This document shows, piece by piece, positions 1 through 9,113 of a DNA stretch of 64,000 nt. The translations under genes were made by a program, and so were the position numbers. The number at the start of each line of letters is the position of its first letter. Position 1 is the stretch's first letter. This DNA is from Vulcanimicrobiota bacterium (lineage in GTDB: Bacteria; Vulcanimicrobiota; Vulcanimicrobiia; Vulcanimicrobiales; Vulcanimicrobiaceae). The stretch lies in NCBI GenBank assembly GCA_963833095.1, contig CAWHWQ010000003.1, positions 1 to 64,000 on the forward strand, read 5' to 3'. The notes beneath the pieces are model-generated. The model searched no databases and was not told the origin of the DNA. It saw only the letters and a program-made list of their open reading frames with translations.

Positions 1-107
1 TTTTACACAGAATTGTTTTTTGGTTCCCAGCCCCGCTATTCAGGCAAGCTTGTCATTTGCCGACATTGCTAGAAGTATACTCACGTTGCTTATCGAGGCG
101 GGTGTTG

Positions 108-1953
108 ATGTTGCGCTACCTTTCCCCCTGTTTGTTTTTGGCTGCGATTGTCGTCGCGGGATGCGGGCGGGAGTCTCGCGCCGTCTGTGCCGACCGCGTC
201 GCCAACTCCATCCTCGAGTAGTCTTCCGGTCGGCCCATCGCCGGCGTCGGTGACACTCCACGGCGGTGGCTACACATTGACGTTTGCCGTTCCACCCGTA
301 GTCACGGGGACAACGGCGACGATGACTGCGTCATTATCAACGACGGTGCCGGTCGGCGTCCCGACGCCCTATGTTGACCGACGGACCAGTTCGTCGCGCA
401 CTCCTGCGATCATCGGCAGCCCCGCACCGACCACGCTTGTATACCTCACGGTCTCGAGCACGGGGCAAGTCGGATTTGCGTCGGCACCGAGCTTCACATT
501 TACGCTTCCATCAACCGTGACGATTCCGACCAGCTCGACCGCGTCGTTATTTTTCTACGATCCCAACGCAGGGCCGGCGGGCTGGGTAACGCTCTTGTCG
601 CCGGGAACGGTTTCGGGCCAAACCGTAACGTTTCCGAGCGTGCAGACCGGCGTGAACATTCTTGCAAACACGCAATACGTGTTTGCGCTTGGATATACGA
701 GCCAACCGGTGCCGACCGCAAGCCCTGCGCCGACACCGACCGCATCGCCGGTGCCGAGCCCAACGGCATCGCCCGTGGCGGGAACCGTAGCGTTAACGCT
801 CACCAACCAGAATTCAAACATGCCTTCGAGCGGTATCAATATCTATATCGCTGGACAAGTCAATGGGTCGAACCCGGCTCAATGGGTTTACGTCACGGCC
901 AACGGCGGAACCGTGCCGATGACTGCCAACGGTGCGAACATTCCGCCGATTCCGTTTGGCGGCGGCTCGACGAGCAACACGATCTACTTGCCGCCATTGA
1001 CTTCGGCGCGCGTGTACGTTGTGGAAGGCACATTCAACTTCAACATTCCGACCGGGTCGCCCGTGGGGGCCGGACCGAACAACCCTGCACCGTGGACAGG
1101 CGATGCGTCGAAGAACGAATACTTCGACTACGTCGAATATACGTTTGCTGGGGGCAGTTTCAACGCCGATACGTCGCAAGTCGACAGCTTCAATCTACCG
1201 TTAGGCGTCACGGTGAACGGCGCGACGAGCGGAACGTTCGGCTTCACGGCCGGCGCCGTCAGCTCGCTGCACACCATGCTCGCAAACGATGCGGATTCGG
1301 CGCAGTGGCAAACGCTGAATTCTCAATGGCCATACCGCGTCATGAACCCCGGGCACGGCGACCAAAGCGGATTCTTCAGCAACACGAGTTTCCTCGATTC
1401 AGCGTTGCAGACCGCATGGAATGCGTATCAGTCGCAATGGATGACGCTGAATCTCACGCCCGCAAATGCGGCCTGGGGCACCATCTACGGACAAGTTGAT
1501 GGGAGCGGGAACTTCCAGTTCTATACCACGCAGTCGACGTCCGGAACGCCGGTCGTGACGATTCTCTCGCCGTTTAGCTCGACCAACCAGCAGACGTACA
1601 ACTGGGGGCCGGCAACAATGCAAGTGTTCGCGAACGACGGCGCATTCTCGTATGTGTCGAACACCAATCAAGTTGCTGAGGAAGTTTCAGCGACCGGCAA
1701 TCGCCTCGTGGGCGCGCTGAACCGCGGGATGTTTGGTACCACGTCACAGGTGGCGTGTCCAAATCCCACCGGGCCGTATCCCGGCTCCGCATACCAGAAC
1801 GACTATGCGAGCTATCTCCACCAAATCGCCCTCACATCGATGGGCTACAACGGTGGGGCTTACGGCTTTGCCTACGACGATTCGTGTGGGACGTCAACCG
1901 ATACGACCGTCTCGAGTCCGACGACGATGTCGATCACGATCTATCAACAGTGA
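108..1953 (+). CDS. GH64-type beta-1,3-glucanase, probable lipoprotein (apparent frameshift near 165)
   Basis: C-terminal motifs SARVY, YFDYVEYT, TSQVDSF, NDYASYLH and AYGFAYDD resemble glycoside hydrolase family 64. ATG at 108 gives MLRYLSPCLFLAAIVVAGCG (lipobox) in a different frame from the 148..1953 ORF. Pro/Thr linkers are present. Confidence 0.75.
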
Positions 1954-1991
1954 GGCGCGGACTGATTCGATAGGACCGAGTGCAACACCAG

Positions 1992-2028
1992 GGGGCGGCC
2001 GATTCGTTCGGCCGCCCCGTCGTTTTTT
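1992..2028 (+). terminator. Rho-independent terminator between convergent genes
   Basis: Stem GGGGCGGCCGA / TCGGCCGCCCC followed by GTCGTTTTTT. Confidence 0.7.
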
Positions 2029-2037
2029 GCGCGCTCC

Positions 2038-3414
2038 CTACGGACGAATGCGGTAAATCACTCCCGCTTGATCGTCGCCAATGAACACGCTTCCCTGCGA
2101 GCCGACGGCTACACCAGTTGCGCGGCCGATTCTGCTCGAGCAGCCCGGTTGGAAACCGGAGACCAGCGCTGCGTATTGGCTTGTCGGGTTGGTAGCTCCC
2201 CAATTGGTCATCGCTGTTACCGGCGTATCACCGTTCATCGGAACGTAGTCGACTTCGGGCGCGAGCGTGCATCCGCCGCCGGCTGGGGTGTGCCAGGATC
2301 CGTGACTTGTCACGATGAGTGCACCGCGGTATTGCGAGGGAAAGGCGTACGCACCGGTGGGACTCGCCGGATAGAACGTCGCGCCGATATGGGTGATGTA
2401 CGCCGGAAATTCAACCAGCGGTTGCGCTTGCGCATTGCAATTGGCCGGTGCTCCGCTGCCGGTGTTGTAGAGCAGATGATTCTCTTCGCAGTACGGCCAG
2501 CCGTAGTTCGCGGTGCCGCCGCCGGTCGCGGCTGCCGCCGTGACGTCGTCCATGTATTCGTAGGGATGGTAGGTCGCAAGATCGTCTTGTCCCGCACCGC
2601 CGGCCCAAAGATGTCCGCTCGCGGGATCGACCGCCAGTGCGATCGCATTTCGCATGTGTTGCGCGAAGAGCGCCATTCCCGAACCGTTCAAGCTCATTTT
2701 CCAAATCGCGGCGCGCTGCGGATCGGTCTCTCCCGTGCATCCGTTGCATGAGGAGCCCATGCTCGCGTACAGCGTCGAGCCCGAAACAGCGACGGAGGTT
2801 GACGTGTGGTAGTCGCCGTCGCCGGGATTCGCCGTTGGTCCTGTGCGAACGGTTGCGATCGGCTGCAAGTTCTCGGCGGCGAGATCTCCGTCTTTATACG
2901 GCGTCGACCACACATGATATTCGCTGGAAACGAAAATCGTGCACGTCGCGGCAGAGAACGCGACGCCTTCGGCATTGTTGATGCCGGTGGTTGGTTCGCC
3001 TGGCGGCACTTGCTCGCTGATGGTCGCAAAAACTTTCGGCGTTCCCGGCGCGCCGCTCGCTTCAGCGTTCGGCACGATGTATACATTCGATCCCCCAGTT
3101 CCGACGAGCAGATCGCCATTTGGTAACGCGACCAGTTCGCGGGCTTGTCCAACATTAGCGATCGTCTGAATCACCAAACCGCCCGGCACTGTTAGCGCGG
3201 GCGTCGAGAGCGTCGTTGTCGTGCTGTAAGCCGAAGCCGTTGCGCCGGTGCAACCCGCCGCGTTATTCGGCGAACTCGGCGACGTTGCGCCCGAGGTCGG
3301 TGTTGAGCCGGGATTCGTCGCAATGCTCCCGGGCGCCGAACTCCCACCGCCGCCGCATGCGGTAAGAGCGATAGCGGTTGAGAATAGCAGAACGGCGCAT
3401 GAAGATCGGATCAT
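2038..3414 (-). CDS. PQQ-dependent sugar/sorbosone dehydrogenase-like beta-propeller lipoprotein
   Basis: Lipobox LTAC; motifs MRNAIALA, NYGWPYC, HGSW, GRATGVAVG and IGDDQAGVIYRI. Confidence 0.75.
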   Translation of the reverse strand: MIRSSCAVLLFSTAIALTACGGGGSSAPGSIATNPGSTPTSGATSPSSPNNAAGCTGATASAYSTTTTLSTPALTVPGGLVIQTIANVGQARELVALPNGDLLVGTGGSNVYIVPNAEASGAPGTPKVFATISEQVPPGEPTTGINNAEGVAFSAATCTIFVSSEYHVWSTPYKDGDLAAENLQPIATVRTGPTANPGDGDYHTSTSVAVSGSTLYASMGSSCNGCTGETDPQRAAIWKMSLNGSGMALFAQHMRNAIALAVDPASGHLWAGGAGQDDLATYHPYEYMDDVTAAAATGGGTANYGWPYCEENHLLYNTGSGAPANCNAQAQPLVEFPAYITHIGATFYPASPTGAYAFPSQYRGALIVTSHGSWHTPAGGGCTLAPEVDYVPMNGDTPVTAMTNWGATNPTSQYAALVSGFQPGCSSRIGRATGVAVGSQGSVFIGDDQAGVIYRIRP

Positions 3415-3446
3415 ACACCTGAGTCGTACCCAGTTGCGGAAGCTGT

Positions 3447-4694
3447 CTACCGGCCGGAAGCGACCGAGCGCATGAACTGGTCGCGGAAAAGCGGCGGCGG
3501 AAGATTGGTTTGCGCGGCAAGTTGAGCGAGTTGCGGCGCTTCGAAATCGCGCGGCTCGAGTCGCACCATGTAATCTCGCGCAACGGCGTAGGCTTCGGCG
3601 TTCACGTCGACCTGCCGCGTGCGGATGCGCCCGGTTTGCGGATCGACCAGCGACTCGAGCGATACCGGCTGCACGCGTCCGCCCGAAAGTGCAATCAGTG
3701 CGCCGCTGCCGCCCGCGAGCAGGTAACGCACGGCGCCGTATCCCAGCGTTCGGGTGTAATCAACGTCGAATGCCACCGGCTTTGCGCAACGCAATTCGTA
3801 GCCGATGTCTTTGGTCAGCACGGTGGCTTCAAGGCCGAGCGCGGTCAAACGATCGCGCACGCGATCGCGCAGCAGTGAGCCGATGGGGACGTCGGCGAGA
3901 CGAACGTGTCCGTAGGCATCGCGCGCGACATTTTCCAGACCCTTGAGCGCGTCGGCGGAGATGCGTTCGACGATGCCTTCGGCCACAACGGCGACGCCGT
4001 AGTCACGCCCTTGTGCGCGTCGCTTGATGATCGCGCCCGCAAGCACGTCGACCACCGACTCGATCGCGAGGCTATCGCCGGGAAATTCCTCGGGAATGAC
4101 GGCTAGTGTTGCGCCGGCGGCGCTTGCCATTCCCAGCGCCAGCGCACCCGATTTTCGTCCCATACTCACGACGATGTACCAGCGTACGGTCGTACGCGCG
4201 TCTTCGAGCAAACTCTCGATGATTTGCGCGCCGACCGACCGCGCCGTTTCGAAGCCAAAGGTCGGGGCGTTGTCGGGAAGCGGGAGATCGTTGTCGATCG
4301 TCTTAGGCACCGTTGCGACGCCGATGCGCCCTTTGGTTTGTTCGGCGATTCGCGCGGCGCCGAAGGTCGTGTCGTCGCCCCCGATGCAGATGAGATACCG
4401 AACGCCCAGCGTCTCGAGCGAATGAACCGTGCGATCCAGCGTTTCGGCGTCTTTGGCTGGATTCGTGCGCGACGTGCGCAAGAACGAGCCGCCGCTGGAT
4501 TGCATGAGGGCCGCATCGTCAATGCCAAGCGCGGTCGTTTTCGCCGGCGTTCCGGCCGCAAGATCGCGATAGCCGTCGTAGATGCCGACCACACGGAGGC
4601 CCGCGTTGGTCGCTTCGATGGTGGCAGAAGCGATCACACCATTGATGCCGGGTGCGGGGCCACCGCCCACGAGGATTGCGAGAGTATCGGCCAT
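3447..4694 (-). CDS. pfp: Pyrophosphate-dependent phosphofructokinase
   Basis: GGGPAPGIN, GGDDT (Asp typical of PPi use), PKTIDND, MGR and GYELRC motifs. Confidence 0.85.
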   Translation of the reverse strand: MADTLAILVGGGPAPGINGVIASATIEATNAGLRVVGIYDGYRDLAAGTPAKTTALGIDDAALMQSSGGSFLRTSRTNPAKDAETLDRTVHSLETLGVRYLICIGGDDTTFGAARIAEQTKGRIGVATVPKTIDNDLPLPDNAPTFGFETARSVGAQIIESLLEDARTTVRWYIVVSMGRKSGALALGMASAAGATLAVIPEEFPGDSLAIESVVDVLAGAIIKRRAQGRDYGVAVVAEGIVERISADALKGLENVARDAYGHVRLADVPIGSLLRDRVRDRLTALGLEATVLTKDIGYELRCAKPVAFDVDYTRTLGYGAVRYLLAGGSGALIALSGGRVQPVSLESLVDPQTGRIRTRQVDVNAEAYAVARDYMVRLEPRDFEAPQLAQLAAQTNLPPPLFRDQFMRSVASGR

Positions 4695-4755
4695 GCGGCA
4701 TAAAATGCACGCTGGCGATGGAGCTTTCCTACGTGGGCGTGTTGTGTTCGATCAG

Positions 4756-5142
4756 TTAGGGCGTCGCGACGGGCGCCGGCGGAGCGTTGTTGGTCGCGTT
4801 CTCGTGACGCTGCGCGCGGAACTTTGCTTCATCGCTCTGGAGTTGCACGCGTTGATCGGGCGTGAGGATCGCGTCGATCTGGCTCCGCAATTGCTTGCGA
4901 CCATCGCGGTCCGGCGCGCTGCCTTTGGGATGCGCCTGCCGATAGCTTTGCATGAGCGCCTTGATTTGCGATTTCTGATCATCGCTGAGGTTGAGATCGC
5001 TAAAACGGTGCATCATGCGATCGCCGTGCTGCGATTGATACGGCGGCGCAGGCTGCTGTTGCACCTGGGCGATGGCCGGTAGGGAGAGACCCGCGGCCAT
5101 AAGGCCGGCGAGTACGGTGGCTTGGAGTTTCATAGGCCCCAT
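4756..5142 (-). CDS. Spy/CpxP-like periplasmic protein
   Basis: Signal peptide; LNLSDDQ and ILTPDQR (LTxxQ) motifs. Confidence 0.7.
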   Translation of the reverse strand: MGPMKLQATVLAGLMAAGLSLPAIAQVQQQPAPPYQSQHGDRMMHRFSDLNLSDDQKSQIKALMQSYRQAHPKGSAPDRDGRKQLRSQIDAILTPDQRVQLQSDEAKFRAQRHENATNNAPPAPVATP

Positions 5143-5191
5143 CTTATTGGGAAAGCGCTCAGCGCTTCCTGGGAAACATATTAGACGGAGC

Positions 5192-5614
5192 TTAAACCTC
5201 GCGGCCGATCAATTCGAGTTTCGTGCCGGCCGGATCTTCGAAGAAGACCGCAGGGTAGGTCTCCATCGCGTCGCTTGGTTCAAGGTTGACTGCGCCGATT
5301 TTGCCGAGCAAGGCGATCAGCTCGTTCATGCGCTTATACTCTACGCGAAAGGCGATGCGCGTGTCGTTATTGCGATGCAGCGGGTTCTCGATCAAACCGA
5401 AGAAGCGGCGTGGTTTCGTCGGATGCTGCGGTTCGAAGTATTCGATTGCGTTGTAGTTTTCGAACTCCGTGTGCCACTCGCCGTCCGAATCGACGAAGGC
5501 GTAGCGCTTCTCGGTCAACCCGATCTCGGGCATAAGATCGTCATAGAACGCCTCCACTGCCTCGAGCGAACGCACGCGGCAATCGATATGATCGAAACCG
5601 TAGAACTCCGTCAC
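5192..5614 (-). CDS. VOC/glyoxalase family protein
   Basis: FDHID near the N-terminus and FFEDPAGTKLEL near the C-terminus. Confidence 0.8.
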   Translation of the reverse strand: MTEFYGFDHIDCRVRSLEAVEAFYDDLMPEIGLTEKRYAFVDSDGEWHTEFENYNAIEYFEPQHPTKPRRFFGLIENPLHRNNDTRIAFRVEYKRMNELIALLGKIGAVNLEPSDAMETYPAVFFEDPAGTKLELIGREV

Positions 5615-5624
5615 GGAAGCGTAA

Positions 5625-7196
5625 CTACTTTGCGGCCGGTTTGATTGCGGCGGCGTTCACGGCCGGCGATGCTTGCGCTTCGAAGCGTTTGAAGTTGTTG
5701 TAGAAGAGGCCCACGAGTTTACGCGCCTGTTCGTCGTAGGCGTTCTTGTCGGCCCACATATTGCGCGGATTGAGCACGTCGGACGGAACATCCGGCACGC
5801 TCTTGGGTATGCGTAAGCCGAAGAACGGTTCGGCTTCGAACTCAGCCGGAATGCGGCCTTCGATCGCGGCGTTGACCATCGCGCGCGTGTGCGCGATCGA
5901 CATGCGCTTTCCAACGCCGTATCCGCCACCGCTCCAACCCGTGTTCACGAGCCAGCACTCGACTTCGTGGCGATCGATACGCTCGCCCAGAAGCTTTGCG
6001 TAGACGGTGGGGTGGTGCACCATGAACGGCGCGCCGAAGCAGGTCGAAAAGGTTGCCGTCGGCTCGGTGACGCCGCGCTCGGTACCGGCTACTTTTGCAG
6101 TGTAACCGGAGAGGAAGTGATACATCGCTTGATCGCGAGTGAGTTTGGAGATCGGCGGTAGCACACCGAAGGCGTCGGCGGTGAGCATAATGATCGTGCT
6201 GGGCTGGCCGCCCTTGCTGCCCGGGACGATATTCGGGATGAACTCGAGCGGATAGGCCGAGCGCGTGTTCTCGGTTTTCGCTTCGGAGTCGACATCGAGT
6301 TTACGCGTGCGGTCATCGTACACGACGTTTTCGATGACGGTGGAGAAACGGTGCGTTGCGGCCCAAATCTCGGGCTCGGCGCTCGCCGAAAGACGAATGA
6401 CCTTCGCGTAGCATCCGCCCTCGAAATTAAAGATGCCGTCGTTGGACCAGCCGTGCTCGTCGTCGCCGATAAGCGGGCGGTGCGGATCGGATGAGAGCGT
6501 GGTCTTGCCCGTACCCGAGAGGCCGAAGAAGATGGCAACGTCGCCGTCGCGGCCTTCGTTGGCCGAGCAATGCATCGGCAGCGTGTCGCGCAGCGGCAGC
6601 AAATAGTTCATCACGGTGAAGATCGACTTCTTGATCTCACCGGCGTAACGCGTGCCGCCGATCAGAATGATGCGGCGTTCAAAATTGACCAGAATGAACG
6701 TGGGGCTGGGCACGCCATCGCGCTGCGGATCGGCTTGGAAGAGGGCCGCGTCGACGACCGTGAACTCCGGGCTGAATCCCGGCACCGGATTCTCGGGTGT
6801 AATGAAAAGATGATGCGCGAAAAGGTTGTGCCAGGCAAACTCGCTGTAGACGCGAATCGGCACGCGATAGCGTTCGTCGGCGCCGACATAGCAATCCAGA
6901 GAATACACGTCGCGTTCGGAAAGGTAGGCTTCGACCTTTTCGAAGAGCGCGTCGAAGACCGACTCGTTGATCGGACGATTCGTATCGCCCCAATCGATGT
7001 GTTGTTCGCTCGAAGGTTCTTTGACGAACGCTTTGTCCTTGGGCGAACGGCCGGTGTGGGGACGCGTATCGACAATGAGCTGCCCGTCGCGGCCAAGCAC
7101 ACCTTCGCGATGCCGCAAGGCATGCTCGATGAGCTCGGGCGGCGTAAGGTTCTCCCACAGGTTAGCGGCCTTGAGTTTCTGCGGAACGGTAAGAAT
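5625..7196 (-). CDS. pckA: Phosphoenolpyruvate carboxykinase (ATP)
   Basis: HTGRSPKDK, YAGEIKKS, FFGLSGTGKTTLS, IGDDEHGW and FNFEGGCYAK motifs. The ORF extension to 7802 overlaps the opposite gene and is not credible. The start is uncertain; proposed ATT at 7196. Confidence 0.93.
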   Translation of the reverse strand: MLTVPQKLKAANLWENLTPPELIEHALRHREGVLGRDGQLIVDTRPHTGRSPKDKAFVKEPSSEQHIDWGDTNRPINESVFDALFEKVEAYLSERDVYSLDCYVGADERYRVPIRVYSEFAWHNLFAHHLFITPENPVPGFSPEFTVVDAALFQADPQRDGVPSPTFILVNFERRIILIGGTRYAGEIKKSIFTVMNYLLPLRDTLPMHCSANEGRDGDVAIFFGLSGTGKTTLSSDPHRPLIGDDEHGWSNDGIFNFEGGCYAKVIRLSASAEPEIWAATHRFSTVIENVVYDDRTRKLDVDSEAKTENTRSAYPLEFIPNIVPGSKGGQPSTIIMLTADAFGVLPPISKLTRDQAMYHFLSGYTAKVAGTERGVTEPTATFSTCFGAPFMVHHPTVYAKLLGERIDRHEVECWLVNTGWSGGGYGVGKRMSIAHTRAMVNAAIEGRIPAEFEAEPFFGLRIPKSVPDVPSDVLNPRNMWADKNAYDEQARKLVGLFYNNFKRFEAQASPAVNAAAIKPAAK

Positions 7197-7271
7197 AGTC
7201 GTGTCCCTCGTTGCGTTCGTCTCTAGCGAATTACTAGAGTCTACTTTTTGAGATATTATGAGCGTGCCTGC

Positions 7272-8447
7272 ATGAGAAAACGTTTTCCGATGGGTCTGGT
7301 TGCCTGCCTCGCGATCGCGCTGGTGCTGGGCGGCCGGGCCGAGGCCGTACTGCCCTTCCACTTTGGATTCTTCCCCACCGGACGGCTGGATGCAATCACT
7401 GATGTTGCAGGCGTGCGGGTTGCCAACCTGACCCTGGTCCAGGGACAGGATATCCGGACCGGGGCGACCGCCGTGCTCCCCAACGCCGACCCCTGGAACC
7501 ACAAGGTGGCCGGAGCCTTCCTGTCCTTCAACGGCAACGGCGCGATGACCGGGACCCACTGGATCGAGGAATCCGGCTACCTGGAAGAGCCGGTCGTCCT
7601 GACCGACACGCTGGACGTGGGGCGGGCCTATGACGGGGTCGTGGACTGGGTCATCGAGCACCATCCGCAAGTGGGCGTGACGGACGACGTGCCGCTGCCG
7701 GTGGTCGCCGAGTGCGACGACCAACTGCTCAACGACATTCAACGGCGTGTGGTGGGGCCGGTCGACGTGCACAAATTGCTCAACGAGGCGCGCACCGGAC
7801 AATTCGCGCGCGGCAGCGTCGGCGCGGGCACCGGCATGCGCGCCTTCGGTTTCAAGGCGGGGATCGGCTCGGCATCACGCGTGCTGCCCGCGTCGCTGGG
7901 CGGCTATACCGTGGGCGTTCTCGTGAACGACAACACCGGAAGTTCCCGCGAGGCGCTCACCATCGCCGGCGTTCCGGTTGGCGAGCGACTCAAGAGCGAG
8001 TATCGCACTGTCTACCCCAAGCATCTCTCGGAAGCCGATCTCCACGGGCGGATGGAAAGCGGCAGCATCATCATCGTCGTGGCGACGGATGCGCCGCTGG
8101 ATAGCCGCGAGCTGCGCGCGATTTTATTGCGCGCGGGCCTGGGCATGGGACGAACGGGATTGACGTCCGACGTCGGCAGCGGCGATTTGTTCGTGGGCTT
8201 CTCGACCACCGAAGTCTTCGAACGCACGGCGAATTTTGAAGTAAGTGCCCCGACGCAGCGAATCGTCGAAGACGACGACGTGCTCAACGCGCTGTATCGC
8301 GCAACCGCCGAAGCGACCGAGGCCGCGATCTACGATGCGTTATTCGAGGCGACGACGATGACCGGCCGCGGCGGCGCAACGGTCTATGGTTTGCCCGACG
8401 ATCGCGTGTTGCAGATGCTGCGGGGTGCCGGCGCGATTTCCCAATGA
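7272..8447 (+). CDS. P1 family (DmpA/S58) aminopeptidase with signal peptide
   Basis: ITDVAGVRV, NGNGAMTG, LPVVAECDD, GSVGAGTGM, GFKAGIGSASR and GSIIIVVATDAPL motifs. Confidence 0.85.
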   Translation: MRKRFPMGLVACLAIALVLGGRAEAVLPFHFGFFPTGRLDAITDVAGVRVANLTLVQGQDIRTGATAVLPNADPWNHKVAGAFLSFNGNGAMTGTHWIEESGYLEEPVVLTDTLDVGRAYDGVVDWVIEHHPQVGVTDDVPLPVVAECDDQLLNDIQRRVVGPVDVHKLLNEARTGQFARGSVGAGTGMRAFGFKAGIGSASRVLPASLGGYTVGVLVNDNTGSSREALTIAGVPVGERLKSEYRTVYPKHLSEADLHGRMESGSIIIVVATDAPLDSRELRAILLRAGLGMGRTGLTSDVGSGDLFVGFSTTEVFERTANFEVSAPTQRIVEDDDVLNALYRATAEATEAAIYDALFEATTMTGRGGATVYGLPDDRVLQMLRGAGAISQ

Positions 8448-8953
8448 GCTACATCGAGACGGAGCGGTTGATTGTACGCACGTGGATGTCGGGCGACGCG
8501 CCGGCGCTCGCGGCGATCTACGGCGATCCCGGAACGATGAAGTACATTCTTTCGGGAACCAAGACGCTCGAGCAAACGCGCGCGCTGATCGTGCAGATGG
8601 GCGAAGCCCAGGAACGCGACGGCTGTTCGATGTGGCCGGTCGTTCTCAAGGAGAATTCCGAGCTGATCGGCAGCTGCGGGCTCATGAAGACCGAACGCGA
8701 GCGCGTGCTCGAGCTGGGCTTTGCGTACGCTCCGCAGGCCCGCGGCAAGGGCTATGCGTATGAAGCCGCGCAGGGCGTGCTGACCTTTGGATTCGAGCAG
8801 CTCCGCGCTCCGTCAATCATCGCGTTGGTCCACCCGTTCAACGCACCAGCCATCACGCTGGTCAACAAACTGGGCATGCGTTTCGATCGCGTGGTGCGGT
8901 TGCAGCGTGCGCAGCGTGGCTGCGACGTGTTACGCTACGAGTGTCATGGCTAA
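8444..8953 (+). CDS. GNAT N-acetyltransferase (RimJ/RimL type)
   Basis: IETERL, ELGFAY, RGKGYAYEA and KLGM motifs. Confidence 0.85.
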   Translation: MSYIETERLIVRTWMSGDAPALAAIYGDPGTMKYILSGTKTLEQTRALIVQMGEAQERDGCSMWPVVLKENSELIGSCGLMKTERERVLELGFAYAPQARGKGYAYEAAQGVLTFGFEQLRAPSIIALVHPFNAPAITLVNKLGMRFDRVVRLQRAQRGCDVLRYECHG

Positions 8954-9110
8954 GAAGAAGCGGCGCAAAATAAAGCTGGTGCCGCGCCTAGGCCCGCCGA
9001 CGAATCTGCGGCCGGCTGGCGCGCACGAGACGCTCACGCGCTACAACCGCAAGCGCAAGAAAAAAGAATTGCGCGAAGAGCTCGGCGAGACCGACCTCAA
9101 CGTCGATTAG
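8946..9110 (+). CDS. Small, highly basic hypothetical protein (54 aa)
   Basis: ATG overlaps the GNAT gene end (MAKKKRRKIK...). It fills the gap to the convergent gene. Confidence 0.55.
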   Translation: MAKKKRRKIKLVPRLGPPTNLRPAGAHETLTRYNRKRKKKELREELGETDLNVD

Positions 9111-9113
9111 CGG

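Noticed and set aside
7197..7802. 200-aa N-terminal extension of PckA
   Set aside because: It is antisense to the DmpA peptidase gene, a shadow ORF of GC-rich coding sequence.
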